From: a bacterium | GTDB lineage: Bacteria; Patescibacteriota; Minisyncoccia; Phycocordibacterales; Phycocordibacteraceae | Reading direction: 5' to 3' | Length of the DNA: 34,262 bases | NCBI GenBank assembly: GCA_021781865.1 | Contig: JAJXVZ010000001.1 | Span: forward strand, 1-34,262 | Shown: positions 17,222 to 25,988 of the stretch, piece after piece | Numbering within the stretch: position 1 is the stretch's first letter | Layout: each line of letters opens with the position of its first letter | The notes under the pieces: generated by a model | The model's input: the letters and a program-made list of their open reading frames with translations, nothing else | Databases searched by the model: none | Told to the model about the DNA's origin: nothing | Translations under genes and position numbers: made by a program

Positions 17222-17721
17222 ATATGAAAAATTCATTCATACATTCGTATGCCAACACAATTGAAATGTCGAGGTAAAATTCTCAACTCAGAAAAAATGA
17301 AGAGCGGCTGTAGAGAATTTTCGAAACGACTTGCAAGTAGAAACATTAAGAGTGTTATTGAGTCTAGCATTCAAGAAGACCGTATTTATCTCTGCCTATT
17401 CACCACGCCGATAAAATCGGTCGTATACATCACGCAAATACTGTAAGGCAAAAACTCTGTGTGGATGAAAGAAGATCAAATGCGCCCCGCGGCCTCTACG
17501 ACTGACGCCTGTTCTGGGCGTGAGGATACCTCGTCTCGACCGTTTGCATCGACGAATTCATTATTTCATCGCTATATTAAATACCAATAACGAAGTGGAG
17601 CAGTCATCACCTTTCGTTAAGTTAACCGCTCCGTTGTTTCTAGCGAGCAGACACAAGCTATTGACTCCCGGGTCGATAGTTCATTTTGTCTAAGTAAATT
17701 ACTTGATAGTTCGAGAGATTA

Positions 17722-18339
17722 TTAGATCGCTTGTTTGCCACGAGCGAGATTGAAGAGAATTGGGAGGAAGGAGACCACAACGATGACGAGCGAAAGAGGA
17801 AGTACATATTTCCCGCTGTTGGGGACTAGTGAGCCGAGGAAGAATCCGAGCGAAATCATTCCTGCGCCCCAAAGTAAACCGCCAATGATGTTATAGGAAA
17901 TAAATTTTCGATATTTCATGGAGCTTGCGCCGGCGAGGATGGGTGCGATTGTGCGCACGGCTGGCACAAAGCGAGCAAGCACAATCGCACGCCCGCCATA
18001 TTTTTGATAAAACCGTTCAGTGCGCCTGAGGTATTCCTGCTTAAAGAAACGCGAATCCTTGCGCTTGAAAAGTGTGCTACCCATTTTCGAGCCAAACCAA
18101 TAACCGGTCGAGTCACCGAATACTGCGGCGATAACAGTGGAAAAAACGAGTGGCCAGAAAAAGAGGAACCCTCCGGCGGATAAAAGTCCTGCCGCGAAAA
18201 GGATCGAATCGCCAGGAAAAAAAATTCCTATGAAGAGTCCGCTTTCGATGAAGATGAGAAGCGCGATACCGATATAGCCACCAGTCCTTACAATAGCGAA
18301 CGGGTCGAGGTGTATACAGGCGAGTAGAAAATTCGTCAT
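17722..18339 (-). CDS. DedA-family (SNARE-associated / VTT domain) membrane protein
   Basis: 'IFIESGLFIGIFFPGDSILFAAG', 'GYWFGSKMG' and 'RFVPAVRTIAPILAGASSM' are typical DedA motifs. I prefer the ATG at 18337-18339 (MTNFLL...) over the track start at 18378. Confidence 0.85.
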   Translation of the reverse strand: MTNFLLACIHLDPFAIVRTGGYIGIALLIFIESGLFIGIFFPGDSILFAAGLLSAGGFLFFWPLVFSTVIAAVFGDSTGYWFGSKMGSTLFKRKDSRFFKQEYLRRTERFYQKYGGRAIVLARFVPAVRTIAPILAGASSMKYRKFISYNIIGGLLWGAGMISLGFFLGSLVPNSGKYVLPLSLVIVVVSFLPILFNLARGKQAI

Positions 18340-18362
18340 ATTGGTGCAGTATACTGTAACAA

Positions 18363-21137
18363 ATGGAATCCGTACCAAAATTGTCCACGCCTGAGGAGGA
18401 GCTTGCTTACTTGCGTGAACAGGTGCTCCGCAAAGAAGCGGAACTTACTAGGCGTGGAAGGGAACCGGGGATACTCGAGCGCTCTCATATTATTTCCGAA
18501 CAGATTCACGCACATCACATAGCCCCGGAGGAAGTTTTGACACCCGGATATCGCATCAGCGAAACAATGCAAAAGAGCGAAGCAGAGGCGATACTTGCTG
18601 AGCTAAATCTTGGAGAGGACAAACAGGTGATCAAAGGTCTAGAGAGAACTATGAGTGAGAAGGGTATAAAAAACGCACTATCGGTGCTTGAGAAACTTCA
18701 CGATCCACATATTACGGATGACTTCCACCGATATCTTGTACGTTACATCGCGGCGAAGCTTCCAATGCTTGGCGTCAATGAAAAGGCACCGCGTTTCCAA
18801 GCGTTGAGGATGACGCTCTACGAGGTTACGCTCCCAGAACCGAAAAGTGCGGAAACGAACCAGCATGTGAAGACGCTTAAGGAACTTATCTCCGGGATGG
18901 AGCAATTGTATGCGGGGCTTCTTTCGGTCGAGAATGCGGTGATTGGTGAACCTCGCTATTACGCGCTCGAGCTTGCCGTTCCAATGGAAGGTTCTGAACT
19001 CCAATTTTATGTGGCGGTTCCGAATGGAAAGCGCGATCTTTTCGAAAAACAACTCCTCGCTATATTTCCTGATGCGCAAGCGGTACCACAACCATTCGAT
19101 TACAATATCTTTTCTTCACACGGTACCTCGATTGCTTCGACAGCGACGTTTGCAGATGATCCTGCACTACCTCTGAAAGACTATACTGATTTCGACTATG
19201 ACCCAATCAACGCGATTACAAATGCATTCGCCAATATAGAATCCATGGGCGAAGGTGCCGCACTTCAGATAATTATCGAGCCCCGCGCGGAACGGCATGT
19301 GAAGCATTATGCGAAAATTCTTAAGGCTCTGCGCAAGGGTGAAAAACGTATAACAGCATTTAGTACGCCGGAAACAACACTTGGAGAACTTACTCGAGAT
19401 TTTGGAAAAATTCTCTTCTCAAATAAACCCAAGGATGAACAAAAAGCAAAAGAGGCCGAAATACGTCAGATTGAAGAGAACAAGACATATATCGAGCAAG
19501 TTGAAAAAAAGATTGAAGCGCCAATTGTTGGTGCAACAATACGACTCGTTGTTTCCTCTTCCGATGAGCATAAGGCGGATCGAATACTCGGCACGATTGA
19601 GGCAGCATTCAATCAGTTCTCGAATACACGAGGGAACAGACTTGTGTTCAAACGTATTCCGCCAGCAGCACGACATGCGCAAGCGGTTCTCGACGAATTT
19701 TCATTTCGTTTACCTGGCTCCTCAGTCCTTCCGTTATCGATACGGGAACTTACGACTATTTATCATTTCCCGCCAACAGGCATCAAATCTTCGCCACATT
19801 TGAGGCAAGTACGCTTTACGCACGCACCTGCACCGCTTTTACTCCCGCAAACAGGAATGCTTCTTGGTGTTAACACGTATCGTGGGCGGGAGACACGTGT
19901 TTACCTTGACTCTGAAGATCGTCTGCGTCATCTCTACATAATCGGTCAGACCGGTACCGGTAAAACCGGGCTCATGAAATCGATGATTATCCAGGACATC
20001 GAAAACGGAGAAGGTTGCTGTTTCATAGATCCGCACGGTTCCGATATTCTAGACATCCTTGCCGCCGTACCACCTGAGCGTTATAAAGACGTTATCTATT
20101 TCGATCCCGCAGATCTTTCGCGACCATTTAGTCTCAATTTTCTTGAATATGATGTATCACGTCCCGAGCAGAAGACATTCATCGTGAATGAACTCCTGAT
20201 GATCTTTCGTCGACTCTACGGCGACGTGCCGGAAAGCATGGGTCCTGCATTCGAACAGTATTTTCGCAATGCGACGCAACTTGTGATGGAGGATCCCGCG
20301 AGCGGTTCAACTATTCTCGATATCGCGCGCGTGCTCTCTAACAACGAATTTCGTCGCGAGAAACTAGCGAAAAGCATGAATCCAATTGTAAATCAGTTCT
20401 GGAACGAAATTGCGGCAAAAGCTGGTGGCGAAGCGGCGCTTGAAAATATTGTTCCGTATATCACCAACAAATTTGATGATTTTACCGCGAACGATTTTAT
20501 TCGCCCCATCGTTGGACAACAAGAATCATCATTCAAGTTCCGCGAAGTAATGGATACGAAGAAAATCCTTCTCATAAATCTTTCCAAGGGTCGTCTTGGC
20601 GAAAAAAACGCAAACCTTCTCGGGCTTATTATCGTCGGGAAACTTTTCATGGCAGCGCTCTCTCGCGCCGATAATCCTCGTGCACCATACCAACCTTTTT
20701 ATCTATATATTGACGAGTTTCAAAACGTAACTACAGACTCCGTTCCCGGTATTCTTTCTGAAGCGCGTAAGTATAAACTCTCGCTCACGGTGGCGCATCA
20801 ATTTCTCAACCAGATCGAAGAGAAAACCCGTGATGCGATTTTCGGTAATGTCGGTAATATGGTGATTTTCCGTGTAGGTGAAGAAGATGCCGAATTTTTC
20901 TCAAAACAGTTTGCGCCCGTTTTTGAGACACTCGATTTCGTTAACATAGAAAATCGCAACGCCTACGCGAAGATTCTCGTGCGTGGTGTGCCACAAAAGC
21001 CGTTTGATATGAAAACACCAAATTTACCTGCACAAAATTTGGCGCAAGTGGACGATCTTATTCATCTTTCCTCGATCACATACGGTCGCGACCGTGCTAC
21101 AGTTGAAAACACGATTCGCGAGCGTTATCTCTCGTAA
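18363..21137 (+). CDS. T4SS-type P-loop ATPase (VirD4/TraD coupling-protein-like or VirB4-like, FtsK/HerA superfamily) with a large non-membrane N-terminal domain
   Basis: 924 aa. Walker A 'GQTGTGKTG' (nt 19944-19970), 'CCFIDPHG', Walker B 'LYIDEFQ' (nt 20703-20723) and 'RKYKLSLTVAHQFLNQI'. No hydrophobic TM segment is seen in the first ~500 aa. Confidence 0.75.
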   Translation: MESVPKLSTPEEELAYLREQVLRKEAELTRRGREPGILERSHIISEQIHAHHIAPEEVLTPGYRISETMQKSEAEAILAELNLGEDKQVIKGLERTMSEKGIKNALSVLEKLHDPHITDDFHRYLVRYIAAKLPMLGVNEKAPRFQALRMTLYEVTLPEPKSAETNQHVKTLKELISGMEQLYAGLLSVENAVIGEPRYYALELAVPMEGSELQFYVAVPNGKRDLFEKQLLAIFPDAQAVPQPFDYNIFSSHGTSIASTATFADDPALPLKDYTDFDYDPINAITNAFANIESMGEGAALQIIIEPRAERHVKHYAKILKALRKGEKRITAFSTPETTLGELTRDFGKILFSNKPKDEQKAKEAEIRQIEENKTYIEQVEKKIEAPIVGATIRLVVSSSDEHKADRILGTIEAAFNQFSNTRGNRLVFKRIPPAARHAQAVLDEFSFRLPGSSVLPLSIRELTTIYHFPPTGIKSSPHLRQVRFTHAPAPLLLPQTGMLLGVNTYRGRETRVYLDSEDRLRHLYIIGQTGTGKTGLMKSMIIQDIENGEGCCFIDPHGSDILDILAAVPPERYKDVIYFDPADLSRPFSLNFLEYDVSRPEQKTFIVNELLMIFRRLYGDVPESMGPAFEQYFRNATQLVMEDPASGSTILDIARVLSNNEFRREKLAKSMNPIVNQFWNEIAAKAGGEAALENIVPYITNKFDDFTANDFIRPIVGQQESSFKFREVMDTKKILLINLSKGRLGEKNANLLGLIIVGKLFMAALSRADNPRAPYQPFYLYIDEFQNVTTDSVPGILSEARKYKLSLTVAHQFLNQIEEKTRDAIFGNVGNMVIFRVGEEDAEFFSKQFAPVFETLDFVNIENRNAYAKILVRGVPQKPFDMKTPNLPAQNLAQVDDLIHLSSITYGRDRATVENTIRERYLS

Positions 21138-21143
21138 TAGACT

Positions 21144-23786
21144 ATGTCATTAGAAAAGATTCCACGATCGGGAAAGGGGAAATCAATACAGCCGAGCGTA
21201 ATGAATCAAGCGTTTGAAAAAGCTGGAGTTGCGGGAAATAAAGAGGAGTCAGAACGAAGATTCGGTACGTCCATTGGAGAAGAGGTTTTTGAGACGATAA
21301 AAAATATTCCAAAAACAATATTAGAGCGGTCGGAGGAGATACCGATTGAACTCGCAAAAATTTATAAGAATGAAAGACCACCGAAGGATATCACGGACCT
21401 ATATTTGAAACTTCCTCCGCAAAAGCGATCAAGTTATCTTCAATTGTTAACTGATAAGAGAAATGGAAAGGCATCTAGAAAACCAGTAAACAAAAAAAAT
21501 AGACATCCTCGACACCAGGAAAGGGGAAAGAGGTCTCGAACCGTTCAGATGATCGCTGGGAAAGATAAATCAGACCTTGTGAACCCCTGGGGAGTTTATG
21601 GTAAGCGTCGCGAGACTGCTCAGGAAGAGTTTAAGAGAATGTATCCATCTGGACAACCGATACCATTGGATACTCTTAAAAAATATAAATTTTTGATGAA
21701 TGAACAAATCAAAAGTTTCGGTTCTGGGGATGTTGATGAGCAGAAAAGAATCGCTTCAGAAATAGAATCATTCATTATCGAACAAAGGGCGAAAATAGCT
21801 GAGAACTTATCTTCTCAAGACCTTTTTAGTGGTGTTGGGGTAGTAAGGGGGCAGGTGAATAGCGACGACACAAAGAGGGCACGAATAAAAAAGCTTCGTG
21901 ACGATATCGCTACGTTCGAATTGGAAATCGCACATCCAACATACCCACGCACACATGACGTTATTGAGAGGGATGCTCTCGCGGCTGAAGAAGAGTTACG
22001 AAATTTGGAATTAACATTGAGGACGGGAAGTGTCGAGAACAAAGTTCCCGCGACTGGGGACGAATTGCGAGAGCCAGATTTAGCAACTCGATCCGTCCTG
22101 GAAGAAGGGATGCTCATTGCAAACCCCGACCTTGCGCTTGATTCGAAACACGCACGAAGGACGCAAGAATACACACCGAGAGAGTGGCGCAATAAATTAC
22201 GGGTACTTCTTGAAAAATTTGGCGTGAATGAGCGCGATAAGAGTCTAGAGAAATATTCAAAAAATCGTTTGGATGAATTAGATGCTGAATCAAAAAAGCT
22301 AGGAAGAGGGGAAAATATAATTCGTTCACTGGGCGAGAAATACAATAAGTTTAACTTTTTACAGAAACTCGGTATTGGTCTCACGCTTGGCGTGGGAGCG
22401 GCAGCATTTACAGGCGTCTCATTTCCCGTGGCAACCGCCTGTACATTCGGTCTTGGCGTGCAACGTGCATTCGGTATGGCGAGCATGTTCTTGAAATTTG
22501 AGAAACAACTACAAGAATCAACGGAAGGTAAGTCAGAAGGTTTTATCACGCGACGAGGATGGTATAAAGCTTTTGCTGAGAAGACGAAAAATCGGCAGAA
22601 GGAAACTGCAATACTTATGGCCGTTGGATATTCTCTCCTAATGAGTGCTGCTATTAAGGAGACAGTACAGATAGTGAACGAATCTCTCTTAGGTGAGCGG
22701 ATACATGAATGGCTCGGGTATACACTTGGACATACTACTTCTGCTTCTGCACCAGAAGCAACCGCGCCCCTTTCCGTAACACCAGATAATGTCTCTCTTC
22801 CTACTGAAATAGTCCAACAGAATCACGTAGGAATGATGACTGGAATGCCAACTATTGACGCGTCAACCGGACATGGCTATGAGTACATGGCTAAGAAACT
22901 CTGGGAAGAATTGAACGCGAGAGGTATTAAATTGCCTGCAAATGCGAATCCACACAGTGACCTCGCAAGACTTCTTGCGGCTCACGATGATGCATCCATT
23001 AATAAAGTCGTACAGCAGATTGCTAGTGACTCAAGACATGCATTTTCCCATGCTAACGGGATGAGTGTTCGCATTGACCCAAACACACACATGACAATCG
23101 GTACAGACGGACAGATTCATTTGTCAATAGGGAAGGAAAACTTCGTTCATGCGCCAGTGAATGCCACCGTAACACCACCCTATCATGCAGTGGCGTCGAC
23201 TCAGATTCCATCTGTGAATGTAACCCATCATGAAAGCATGATCGCTCATTCGAGTACTCACCAGACACACGAGGTTGGATCTGTCGACAATGCCATGTCA
23301 ACAGAACGAGTCGTTCACCCGCACATGACAACGGAACACATTACTCAACCAGTATCTACTGATTCAGTAGTACACGATGGTACCGGTGGTGTGGTGCATG
23401 ATGGAGAAGGAAATCCGGTCTACGAAAGAAGAACTTATCATAAGGTATCCGATCGCGTATCGACCCCTGTACACGCGCAAGAAGTATTCACGAATGTCCA
23501 CAACATCCATGTTAATTTGACTGAAACACATGGATACTCAAATGGTGAGGGGGTTCTTTATGTCATGGGTGGCGATAAAGCCGTTATAGATAATCAGGCT
23601 CAGGATTATGCGCTAACACACCATGTGCCCGTATTCGTTGATAAATCATACAAACTTCTAGGCGTCATAAATGTTCCAAGGGTTGTCGAGTACGTTCCAA
23701 CTAATAACGGGTCGTTGGAAATGGTTATCCACTCTGGTCCGTCATGGATCCCAAATCCGAAAAACTTTACGAAACGTATTTTCTAA
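21144..23786 (+). CDS. large hypothetical bitopic membrane protein (charged coiled-coil-like N-terminal ~400 aa, hydrophobic segments at aa ~406-450 and 488-504, His-rich C-terminal ~350 aa)
   Basis: 880-aa ORF starting 6 nt after the ATPase stop. 'LGIGLTLGVGAAAFTGVSFPVATACTFGLGV' and 'AILMAVGYSLLMSAAI' are the only hydrophobic stretches. No family recognised. Confidence 0.6.
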   Translation: MSLEKIPRSGKGKSIQPSVMNQAFEKAGVAGNKEESERRFGTSIGEEVFETIKNIPKTILERSEEIPIELAKIYKNERPPKDITDLYLKLPPQKRSSYLQLLTDKRNGKASRKPVNKKNRHPRHQERGKRSRTVQMIAGKDKSDLVNPWGVYGKRRETAQEEFKRMYPSGQPIPLDTLKKYKFLMNEQIKSFGSGDVDEQKRIASEIESFIIEQRAKIAENLSSQDLFSGVGVVRGQVNSDDTKRARIKKLRDDIATFELEIAHPTYPRTHDVIERDALAAEEELRNLELTLRTGSVENKVPATGDELREPDLATRSVLEEGMLIANPDLALDSKHARRTQEYTPREWRNKLRVLLEKFGVNERDKSLEKYSKNRLDELDAESKKLGRGENIIRSLGEKYNKFNFLQKLGIGLTLGVGAAAFTGVSFPVATACTFGLGVQRAFGMASMFLKFEKQLQESTEGKSEGFITRRGWYKAFAEKTKNRQKETAILMAVGYSLLMSAAIKETVQIVNESLLGERIHEWLGYTLGHTTSASAPEATAPLSVTPDNVSLPTEIVQQNHVGMMTGMPTIDASTGHGYEYMAKKLWEELNARGIKLPANANPHSDLARLLAAHDDASINKVVQQIASDSRHAFSHANGMSVRIDPNTHMTIGTDGQIHLSIGKENFVHAPVNATVTPPYHAVASTQIPSVNVTHHESMIAHSSTHQTHEVGSVDNAMSTERVVHPHMTTEHITQPVSTDSVVHDGTGGVVHDGEGNPVYERRTYHKVSDRVSTPVHAQEVFTNVHNIHVNLTETHGYSNGEGVLYVMGGDKAVIDNQAQDYALTHHVPVFVDKSYKLLGVINVPRVVEYVPTNNGSLEMVIHSGPSWIPNPKNFTKRIF

Positions 23787-23799
23787 CACCTATGTTATA

Positions 23800-24105
23800 A
23801 TGCTCTTTATGCAAGATGAACTCACTGCTCTCATCGCCGCCGATCTCGGTATTAAGGATCTCCCGGTTGCCGAGCAACAAACAATCATTGCACAGTTTGG
23901 CGAGATTGCACTCAAAGCGGCAACCTTGTCAGTGATAGGGAAACTTGCTAGTGATAAGCGCGATGAATTCACTAAACTCGCAGAAACTGGTGACGCAACA
24001 GCGCTTAAGACCTTCCTTGACCGAGAAGTCCCTGGGCATGAGAATATCACGCGAGCCGCCGTTGCCGAGGAGGTAAAACGATTTAGAGCTTTTCAAGCCA
24101 CGTAG
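23800..24105 (+). CDS. small acidic helical protein (~100 aa), reminiscent of small DUF-type proteins common in CPR genomes
   Basis: 'MQDELTALIAADLGIKDLPVAEQQTIIAQFGEIALKAATLSVIGKLASDKRDEFTKLAETGD'. The start is the ATG at 23800 or 23809. The track start at 23671 overlaps the upstream gene. Confidence 0.5.
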   Translation: MLFMQDELTALIAADLGIKDLPVAEQQTIIAQFGEIALKAATLSVIGKLASDKRDEFTKLAETGDATALKTFLDREVPGHENITRAAVAEEVKRFRAFQAT

Positions 24106-24137
24106 TATACTGCTACTGTACATAATAGCTATTACAT

Positions 24138-24674
24138 ATGAAACCAACTCAAACTGGAATCGCCATCACACTTGCACTTGTCGTGGTCATAATGTTTTTT
24201 GTTCTCCCAAGTCTTTCGGTTTTCGGAACACCCACCTCATCAGGTACATCAGCTTCCGGAGCCACTATTAATAACAATACTCAAACCGCAACAACTACCA
24301 CTATGCCTAACCAAACCAACACTACTCCGCCCGTGACTCAACTTATAGAGCAAGATGAGGTTATTGGAACAGGCGCTACTGCCGTGGCGGGTGACACTGT
24401 AACCGTAAATTATGTCGGCTCGCTTACCGACGGCACAGTCTTTGACGCCTCTGCTGATCATGGGACTTCGGGTTTCACCTTTGTCCTGGGTGCTGGAAAT
24501 GTTATCAAGGGTTGGGATGAAGGTATTGTTGGGATGAAGGTAGGTGGTAAACGCAAACTTATCATTCCCGCATCGCTCGCGTACGGTAATCAGGCAGTTG
24601 GGAATATCATCCCGGCGAATTCCACACTTATTTTTGAAGTGGAACTCTTAAAAGTTAAAAAAGCAGGAAGCTAA
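24138..24674 (+). CDS. FKBP-type peptidyl-prolyl cis-trans isomerase, membrane-anchored with a Thr/Asn-rich linker
   Basis: 'VTVNYVGSLTDGTVFDAS', 'FTFVLGAGNVIKGWDEGIVGMKVGGKRKLIIPASLAYG' and 'LIFEVELLKV' are canonical FKBP_C motifs. N-terminal TM 'IAITLALVVVIMFFVL'. Confidence 0.9.
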   Translation: MKPTQTGIAITLALVVVIMFFVLPSLSVFGTPTSSGTSASGATINNNTQTATTTTMPNQTNTTPPVTQLIEQDEVIGTGATAVAGDTVTVNYVGSLTDGTVFDASADHGTSGFTFVLGAGNVIKGWDEGIVGMKVGGKRKLIIPASLAYGNQAVGNIIPANSTLIFEVELLKVKKAGS

Positions 24675-24682
24675 GTATCATA

Positions 24683-24711
24683 TTGACAATTGTTATATTG
24701 TAGTTTAAAAT
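24683..24711 (+). promoter_or_regulatory. candidate sigma70-type promoter (TTGACA-17 nt-TAAAAT) for the beta-barrel gene pair
   Basis: TTGACA at 24683-24688 and TAAAAT at 24706-24711, about 88 nt upstream of the ATG at 24800. Confidence 0.5.
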
Positions 24712-24799
24712 ATAAAAGGAAACGACGAACAAAATATAGAGTCGTTCAGTGTGTGATCATTGGTAACTAAACAACTTAAAAAGAGGAAGGAGGTGTTCT

Positions 24800-25333
24800 A
24801 TGCGTCACTGGGCCATATTCGTGATGGCACTTGGTATGTGTGTCTCTTCTTATACTGCTGCTGCTTCTTCTAGCCAGAGCAGGAAGGGAGAGCTCATACT
24901 GTACTTTGGGGAAACTCGGGTCAATTCTTACGTGGACCCCAAAAGCCTGAGTGTCTCTGCAGATTTCAGGCAGAGAATTTCACCGGGTGCCGAGTATTCG
25001 ATTATGCTTATTAACGAAGGGAACCCGCACGGTTTTCCCAAGCGAGATGGTATCGCCGGGGAGATGTGGTGGCGGTTGCCTTTCACTGACGCGAGTCATC
25101 GTCTGGTGATTACGTTAGGCACCGGGCCCTACGTGTATTACGCGACCACCGTGAAGAAGGGAGCCACACCAGGTGGGTACTCCGATGAACATCGACTGGG
25201 TTGGCTCGTGAGCGCGAATGTTGGGTACAACATGAGTCGACATCTCACGCTCAATGTGGGGTGGATTCGTGTCGGGACCGGGAATAGCACCGATACGGAT
25301 ATTCCTCGCGTGGGCATTGGGTACAGAGAGTAA
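24800..25333 (+). CDS. exported small beta-barrel-like protein, paralog A (OmpX/OmpW/PagL-size OMP-like)
   Basis: 177 aa. Signal peptide 'MRHWAIFVMALGMCVSSYTAAA', alternating hydrophobic beta-strand patterning, and C-terminus 'VGIGYRE'. A perfect SD (AGGAGGTG) precedes the ATG. Confidence 0.6.
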   Translation: MRHWAIFVMALGMCVSSYTAAASSSQSRKGELILYFGETRVNSYVDPKSLSVSADFRQRISPGAEYSIMLINEGNPHGFPKRDGIAGEMWWRLPFTDASHRLVITLGTGPYVYYATTVKKGATPGGYSDEHRLGWLVSANVGYNMSRHLTLNVGWIRVGTGNSTDTDIPRVGIGYRE

Positions 25334-25347
25334 CAGGAGGAAGTTCC

Positions 25348-25845
25348 ATGAAGAACGTCATCATCATATTTTTGATGATGGCCGGTGCATTTGTGATCAC
25401 CACAGATGCGTTGGCCGGTGAGGTAGCTGTTTCGGGAGGTACAGTAACTGCTACAGACACCATGGAAGCAGGTCGGGAAGGAACTGCATTGTCCATCAAT
25501 TATCAAGGGCGACTCACGTCTGCGGCGAGGTGGTCAGTAGGATGGATGCAGGAAGATTTTTCACAGGGCTTTCTGAAGAGGAGGGGCGTAGTGACGGAAG
25601 TCATGTTGGAACTTCTCCCGAGTACAAACCGGTTCAACGTTTCTCTTATCCTAGGCCCCTATGCTTATCATGCAAGCGGTAATTATGGAAAAGGGGATGG
25701 ATATGGGATTGCGTTGCAGTCTGGTTTTGACGCCACGTATAAACTTAATAAGAATCTCACGTTCGATGCGGGGTTTCGGAATACCATGACCACAACCACA
25801 TCGAACACGGACCTGATTCTTATAGGGTTGGGCTACAGGAAATAG
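25348..25845 (+). CDS. exported small beta-barrel-like protein, paralog B
   Basis: 165 aa. Signal peptide 'MKNVIIIFLMMAGAFVITTDALA'. Shares 'LGxGPYxYxA' and the C-terminal 'IGLGYRK' with paralog A. SD AGGAGG lies 7 nt upstream. Confidence 0.6.
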   Translation: MKNVIIIFLMMAGAFVITTDALAGEVAVSGGTVTATDTMEAGREGTALSINYQGRLTSAARWSVGWMQEDFSQGFLKRRGVVTEVMLELLPSTNRFNVSLILGPYAYHASGNYGKGDGYGIALQSGFDATYKLNKNLTFDAGFRNTMTTTTSNTDLILIGLGYRK

Positions 25846-25861
25846 TGTGCCCAATCTATTT

Positions 25862-25894
25862 AAAGCCGCACGTTATCAACGCGCGGCTTTTTTA
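25862..25894 (+). terminator. rho-independent terminator after the beta-barrel gene pair
   Basis: Stem aaagccgcacg, loop ttatcaa, stem cgcgcggcttt (one mismatch), with the stem-closing T's running into a TTTTTT tract. Confidence 0.7.
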
Positions 25895-25942
25895 TAAGCA
25901 AAAATATTTCTAACTTTAGAATGTTCATTCAGCTATTCAGAA

Positions 25943-25977
25943 TAAAAAATGGGTGACGGATTGCAACCGTCACCCAT
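25943..25977 (-). terminator. rho-independent terminator for the lipoprotein gene
   Basis: 11-bp perfect stem atgggtgacgg/ccgtcacccat with loop attgcaa. On the minus strand it is followed by a T-run (the complement of aaaaaa at 25944-25949). Confidence 0.7.
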
Positions 25978-25988
25978 TACTATAGCTA

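Noticed and set aside
17249-17446. 65-aa ORF (MPTQLKCRGKILNSEKMKSGCREF...).
   Set aside because: It has no SD and no recognisable features, and it sits just after a terminator. There is not enough evidence to call it a gene.
21815-22549. 244-aa antisense ORF inside the 880-aa gene.
   Set aside because: Its translation is Ser/Arg/Phe-rich, typical of the antisense strand of a Lys/Glu-rich gene. It has no start context. The sense ORF is 880 aa and tightly coupled to the upstream ATPase.
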